From the NCBI GenBank assembly GCA_030141605.1, contig JAQGDQ010000004.1:1798001-1862000 (forward strand): a stretch of DNA of 64,000 nt. Direction: 5' to 3'. A program made the translations under genes and the position numbers. This stretch comes from Tubiluchus corallicola. Its lineage: Eukaryota; Animalia; Priapulida. Under the pieces are notes generated by a model. It was given only the letters and a program-made list of their open reading frames with translations, was not told the origin of the DNA and made no database searches. This document shows, piece after piece, positions 38,701-64,000 of the stretch; within the stretch, counting starts at the first letter, position 1, and the number at the start of each line of letters is the position of its first letter.

Positions 38701-40009
38701 TGTTTGCATTTGCTTTTTTTAACAGTATATACATCATATGCCCCCATATACCCTCAATCCGAGCACTGATTGTGTCATCATTGCTTAAGTTCACACTTGT
38801 GTAAACAGATTTCTGTTCATGCAGCACAACACCCGTGGAGTCGTCTCGATGGCTAACAGTGGTCCAAACACTAATAGGTCTCAGTTCTTCATTACATATG
38901 CAAAACAGCCTCATTTGGATAACAAGTACACCATATTTGGCAAGTAAGACTTAATTATGCTTTTAGTTGTTAGATTCAGACAAGGACAATCTTACTCAAT
39001 TTTAAACGAAATTCCTGGTAAAACAATGAATTTCCAAGAACCAATCAGGCTACAGGAAAAAATTATATAATAGCCCATGATTTCTAAGACTCACAAGTAT
39101 GAAATACCTTAATAAAATTATAATTTTTTTGATGTCCTTCAGTATATTTTCATGTAAATTAGCACTGTTAATATGATTTTCACTTGTTCAGCTCAATCTA
39201 AATACTGTAAATCCAGAAATTGTGTTGCACTTCTTAGTGTTGGTTAATACAATTGTTGGTTAAGCTATTTGAATATTGGCCATTCAATGTGTTGTCAACA
39301 CATGTCAAGCTCTCAATTGTAGAGTATTGCAAGGCTTTCTGCAGTTGTTTGAGGCACTTTATGGAACATCTTTATCTTGCTTGAATACTTGCAATTTGCA
39401 AGATGCTGACTGTTAGCATAAATTAACATGCCACTATTTTCATCAACCTGATCAGCTGATACCAATGACTATACTCCGTAGTATCTTCTTAACAAGGATA
39501 AATCTTTATTTGTGCGTGCTACATGCTTGCAACACAAAGTCACTTATGATTATTATTATTAAACGAAAGATTTCAAAACGATGTTAAAACAGTCATTTAC
39601 ACTGGTGCTGCCAAGACTTTAAATACATAGGTTAAAATGCTCAGTCGATTAGGGAGTGGAGGTCAGGTTCTGCCTGATATAGTTTTTTTGACCCCATGTT
39701 TGTTTTCCGAATACAAAACAGTTCTTTTGCTTTGAACACTCAGCATTGTTTCAAAATCAGCAATTTGCTCTTAGCAATTCGTTTGGCACGATCTTAAAAA
39801 ACAAGTATTAATGGTTGATATTTTCAAGTGGAAAATATTATTGCACTTTACAAATGAATACATTTGTGTTGGCTGTATTTTCCAGAGTGATAGATGGGTG
39901 GGACACACTAGAAGAGATTGAAAAACAGCCTGTTAATCCGAAAAACTATCGACCATTGAATGAGCTGAGGATTCTCAATGCAAAGATCCATGCTAATCCA
40001 CTTGCGTGA
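28948..40009 (+). CDS. PPIL3: Peptidyl-prolyl cis-trans isomerase-like 3 (cyclophilin), 160 aa
   Basis: Exons: ATG-only 28948-28950 (ATG|GTAGTT; position inferred, alternative ATG|GTATGC at 34741-34743), 35506-35580, 35913-36006, 36437-36504, 38825-38943, 39886-40009. Protein: [113 protein letters not shown] at 40220. Confidence 0.93.
29037..29343. repeat. 2.5 copies of a 34-bp palindromic tandem unit plus inverted related motifs (probable transposon subterminal array)
   Basis: TACATGGCTCGCTAGCCCATGTAGGACACTGTCA at 29037 and 29071, partial at 29105. Inverted CCTACTT(G/C)GGC motifs at ~29250, 29280 and 29312. Confidence 0.75.
29350..31460 (+). mobile_element. Degenerate non-LTR retrotransposon (LINE) ORF2: reverse transcriptase plus C-terminal zinc knuckle
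   Basis: Broken-frame peptides: [66 protein letters not shown], a degenerate YxDD (INANDI) and [15 protein letters not shown]. Many stops and frameshifts. Confidence 0.85.
33126..34070 (-). mobile_element. pogo/Tigger (Tc1-mariner superfamily) internally deleted element
   Basis: Perfect 23-bp TIRs CAGTCTAACCTCGTTATCTCGCC with TA target duplication and GGCGA..TAACG subterminal repeats. A minus-strand relic at ~33520-33669 ([42 protein letters not shown]) resembles a CENP-B-type HTH. Confidence 0.9.
35333..35364. repeat. Perfect 32-bp palindrome
   Basis: TAGACAGATTCATGGA|TCCATGAATCTGTCTA, no spacer. Confidence 0.9.
35729..35758. repeat. (TA)n microsatellite
   Basis: TA run in PPIL3 intron 2. 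Confidence 0.9.
36852..37375. mobile_element. Penelope-like retroelement relic: inverted repeat pair with tail and 13-bp target-site duplication
   Basis: ~170-bp inverted arms (36854-37023 and 37152-37329). Direct repeat AACAAAAGTTTAC at 36839-36851 and 37376-37388. A CTGATGA..GAAAGCTC hammerhead-like core at 37260-37279 is followed by AATAAA. Confidence 0.65.
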
Positions 40010-40324
40010 ACACAACCCAAGTGCCTAACTGGAGAAGAAAAAAATCTGTAAAAGCAAGGCTGAAAAGCTTGTGAAAGCAAGGCTGAAAAGTTTTGCAGAC
40101 ATCTGCATCTAATAGATAAGTCATCATTGATAAGGCACAAAAGGACAGCCATTTGGTTCTCAGGCACTTTTCTCAATGTCGTAGGAAATTTTTGTTAATG
40201 TAAGAGACTGTATGATGCAAATAAAGGAATTGCCACCCGTTTATGCTGTAGTCGGTACGTATGCTTTGTCTAATTAATAAGAGCATTAGTACAATAGTCA
40301 TTACTTGACAAAAATCACAGATAA

Positions 40325-40527
40325 TAAAACCAGCCCAGTTTTAGTACATGTAGTAACCCACTGCTCGGCTACCTTTCCAGGTACTCAGTTAGAGCTGAGT
40401 AGACCCAGGAAGGTGGCCAGAGAGTTCTATGCGAGTGAAGCATGGCTCGAAAAACATGGTGTAACAGATATTCAAGCCGAGAATTATTGAATCGATGGTC
40501 GTGCCATACTACTAAGCCACTGCATCT
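40325..40527 (-). mobile_element. tRNA-derived SINE with a conserved-core (Nin/Deu/Meta-like) motif
   Basis: Minus strand: A-box-like GCAGTGGCTTAGTAGTA, a degenerate B-box, then the core GGGTCTACTCAGCTCTAACTGAGTACCTGG. Confidence 0.55.
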
Positions 40528-42290
40528 TAATTAACTTATGTAATTGTGTAATTCCATTTTTGAAACTATGACCAAGTAAACAAGTATGGATAATAGGATA
40601 CTTAAAACTGTAACTAAAAAAGCAACTGGCCACTCACTTACTCCTAAATGACCTACAGAAATGCTCGCTGTAGTATAGTAAATTATCTTGCAAAAAAAAA
40701 CGAGTGTGTTCCTTTATTGTGATTTAACTGTTTCTGCACATTGTTCCGAAGTGTCAGTGCTGATTTGGCAGACTCAGCAGCAGTTTGCAAAATGTTAACA
40801 TTATTTCGTAAAAGTTTCAATAAAACATAATGCAATATGCTAATTAATGCATCATATCAAATGGCAATACAAGCCAATACTGGATTGCATATAACTGAAC
40901 GAATATAGTTCAAAATTGTTGCTTTTCTATGTGAAAATGATTTATAATTTAGTAAGTGTATCGCATGAGATTTTTTTGTAAAATCAAAATTTCATCAATG
41001 TGTTGTTGTAAACCACAATTATATAATTTAAATATGAGAAACATTTACAGTAGTTATTGAAATAAATAATATCGATTCATTTATAAAATATTAGTTAATA
41101 GAATCTTATTGAAGAGCATTGTAGAGGACCAGTACAGAACATCCAGCAGTTTGACCATAGAACTAAAAAAACCCCAACTAATCAATAATAGAAAAATTAA
41201 AGTTTTTTGGCAAGAGCAAGGATGCAATCTAAACAACTGTAACCATGTTTTCAAAAATCAGCAAGTGTTCGGATCTTTTTTTAATTCGTGTATAGTCTCA
41301 ATGCTCCCAAAACGAGAAAACAGGACCCTTCTTGCCGATTGGTGTAAACCATAACCAGTCCTGTACAGTAATAATAACAGTAGCGTATTTCAATTTTCAT
41401 GTTTGCAAACATGTGCAGAGCATTCGTGGAATTTTTGTACTGTTGAAAATTATTTTCAATTGTTCATAATCACTAGCTGGGCTCACCAGCTGTTAATTAA
41501 TATATTAACGTGTTATTTAATCAGTGAGAGGTTTTGCTCGCCCTGTGCTGAAGCCAAAATTGGCTGCCGCCTTCCTTAAATATAACACATCTTCGACCAC
41601 TACAAATGCACGTATATGCAAGATACTTATATAAGCCAAAGTTTGCAATTAAATCTAAAAGACCACGGAGCGTCAATTTCTTGAGAAATGCCAAGAGTTG
41701 GCTGTAGGTAAAGTGTTTTCCTTTAAGTGGCTTTCATTAAATAATTTCCAACTTATGCAGAGGTGCCACTTTGCGATGGCTTTATGCGATGTGAAAAAAG
41801 ACAATTATTAATAAAATTTTGGGCATGAATACAAAAGAGAATACGGTACAGAATAAGATGCCAAGTGTTAGAATATGAAATGCAGCAGCAGCAAGAACAT
41901 ATCATGTAACCTGATTAACAAGCACATTGACCAGAGCACTTTTTCAAATCTAAGCAAACACGAGTCCACATACCACATCATGTAAAAGGGTATGCAATTA
42001 GTCTAATCCTGTGTGAAATGCAATAAAAAGAGCGAAGACATGCCTTGCCTCAGTATGTAGTGTAAGCAAGACTAATGTTGATTCATTAGAGATTTTATAA
42101 AAGTGCTATATGAAGATACAACTTTCTACTCTTCGACTTCAAAATTATTTACGTATTAGACAAATTTAGACGTTGAATTTTAGTCCACTCTGCTTGTGGC
42201 GTCAGTATATCGGTTTTTGACAGTGATTGATGTTCACCTGCTTGCTTCTTTCCTTGCTGCCCGATTCGAATTTACTATACCATCTTCGTG

Positions 42291-62694
<20,404 letters not shown>

Positions 62695-64000
62695 GCTACA
62701 CTAAAATATAAATTAACCCAACAATGAATGTTTCAAATGCACAAAAATACATTTAAAAAACAATAAACTGCAATATTTGTGAAAAGAATGTGGGCACGAG
62801 ATACCAAACATTCTTATGCCCGATTCGACAAATCATTCCGGGAGTTTTTACACAAAAATTAGCAGACTGGATCTGTAGTGGAGATGAAGCTCAATCTTTT
62901 TTTGCAGATCAGACACACATAGGAAGCTGGAAATGTTTTTCAAAATTGTATTCTAATTAACGGCCAAATCCAATCCAAACATTGTATGTATGTATACATG
63001 TAACCTGCCTACACATTTTGAAAATACTTGAGCCACTAGTGCCATTTTCCTGCATAATACTTTAATCATGCAAATTTCATGTTTGAAATTCCATGTTTGG
63101 TTAATAAGTTTGAAAAAAAAGCAGCAAACATGATTAAAAATGAATTATAACAACATATGTACACCAACTAACTTGGGTTTTTTGCACAATCTTTTAAATC
63201 ATTCAAATCATCATAAAAAAATGTGGAACAAGATGCTATGCATCCTGCATGGTTCATAAAATTATAAGTGCATCCAACGACATCATGAAAAAGTGTATAA
63301 CAAAACTTTACTTACTTTTTACTACTTTTTGTGTAACAAAAATGACAGTGTACTATCCCTGTACATGTTAATAAAATTTATTTCTATTATATCTGGTTGT
63401 TTTCGGAGTTTTGCCTATTCAAAATTGTTCATTTCCTAACACATGTAAATAAAATGGTTTTGCATAACAAAGTTCGAAAATTGTGTGCAGCGGTAGAAAT
63501 GATACGCATGCAGTTGCCTATTAACAGCTGTTCCACATCCTCCAACACAAATGCTCTAGACACGACGAAGCACTACACTTTGGCTAAGAGTCAGCAACGA
63601 ATATTCAAGTTTGAAATTTCGAATCAAATTGAAATTCATTTGAAAAGACTTTTTATTTTAATTTGATTTGAACCTCAAATTATGAACTAAAATAATTAAA
63701 CGCACTATCTACTTTCGTTTCTTTGTCATTAAAATATTTCAAATATCATGTAATCACAACAGTTTAGTCATAATTTCTGCACAATATTTTTTAACAAATC
63801 ATTAATAGTTTCTGCAGAAAGACAAAAACAATATACACAACCTTTGCAAGCTGTTGTACACTGCAAATAAGTAGCTTGAATAACAAAATTGTCCATAAGT
63901 CGACAATTAAGCTTTTCTAGTTATTCAAATATCCTGAATCTCCATTTCATGAGGATCATTTTAGTAGGCAGCTCATCGCTCTACGTTATTTCTACGCTGA

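Noticed and set aside
38870-38890. PPIL3 TNRSQFF instead of TNGSQFF
   Set aside because: From recall this position varies among invertebrate PPIL3 orthologues, and the other active-site residues are intact.

Overview
AT-rich, CpG-depleted, intron-rich genomic DNA from an animal, most likely an invertebrate; the species cannot be determined from the sequence. Left to right it contains: (1) the last coding exon and 3' UTR of an unidentified + strand gene; (2) a complete 21-exon RAB3GAP1 on the - strand (~1008 aa); (3) an intronless 292-aa class A GPCR nested antisense in RAB3GAP1 intron 17; (4) a 6-exon PPIL3 cyclophilin on the + strand (160 aa), probably head-to-head with RAB3GAP1; (5) a complete 24-coding-exon cytosolic valyl-tRNA synthetase VARS1 on the - strand (~1046 aa). 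I rebuilt the exon chains by hand from GT-AG sites and phase continuity, and identified them from recalled protein homology, not from a database search. The introns hold many decayed mobile elements: pogo/Tigger, hAT, Harbinger and Kolobok-like MITEs, two LINE relics, a tRNA-SINE and a Penelope-like inverted repeat with a hammerhead-like core. The best leads are the nested GPCR with melanocortin-receptor-like architecture, a cryptic antisense promoter/first exon with RFX X-box-like motifs inside RAB3GAP1, and the Penelope-like insertion.
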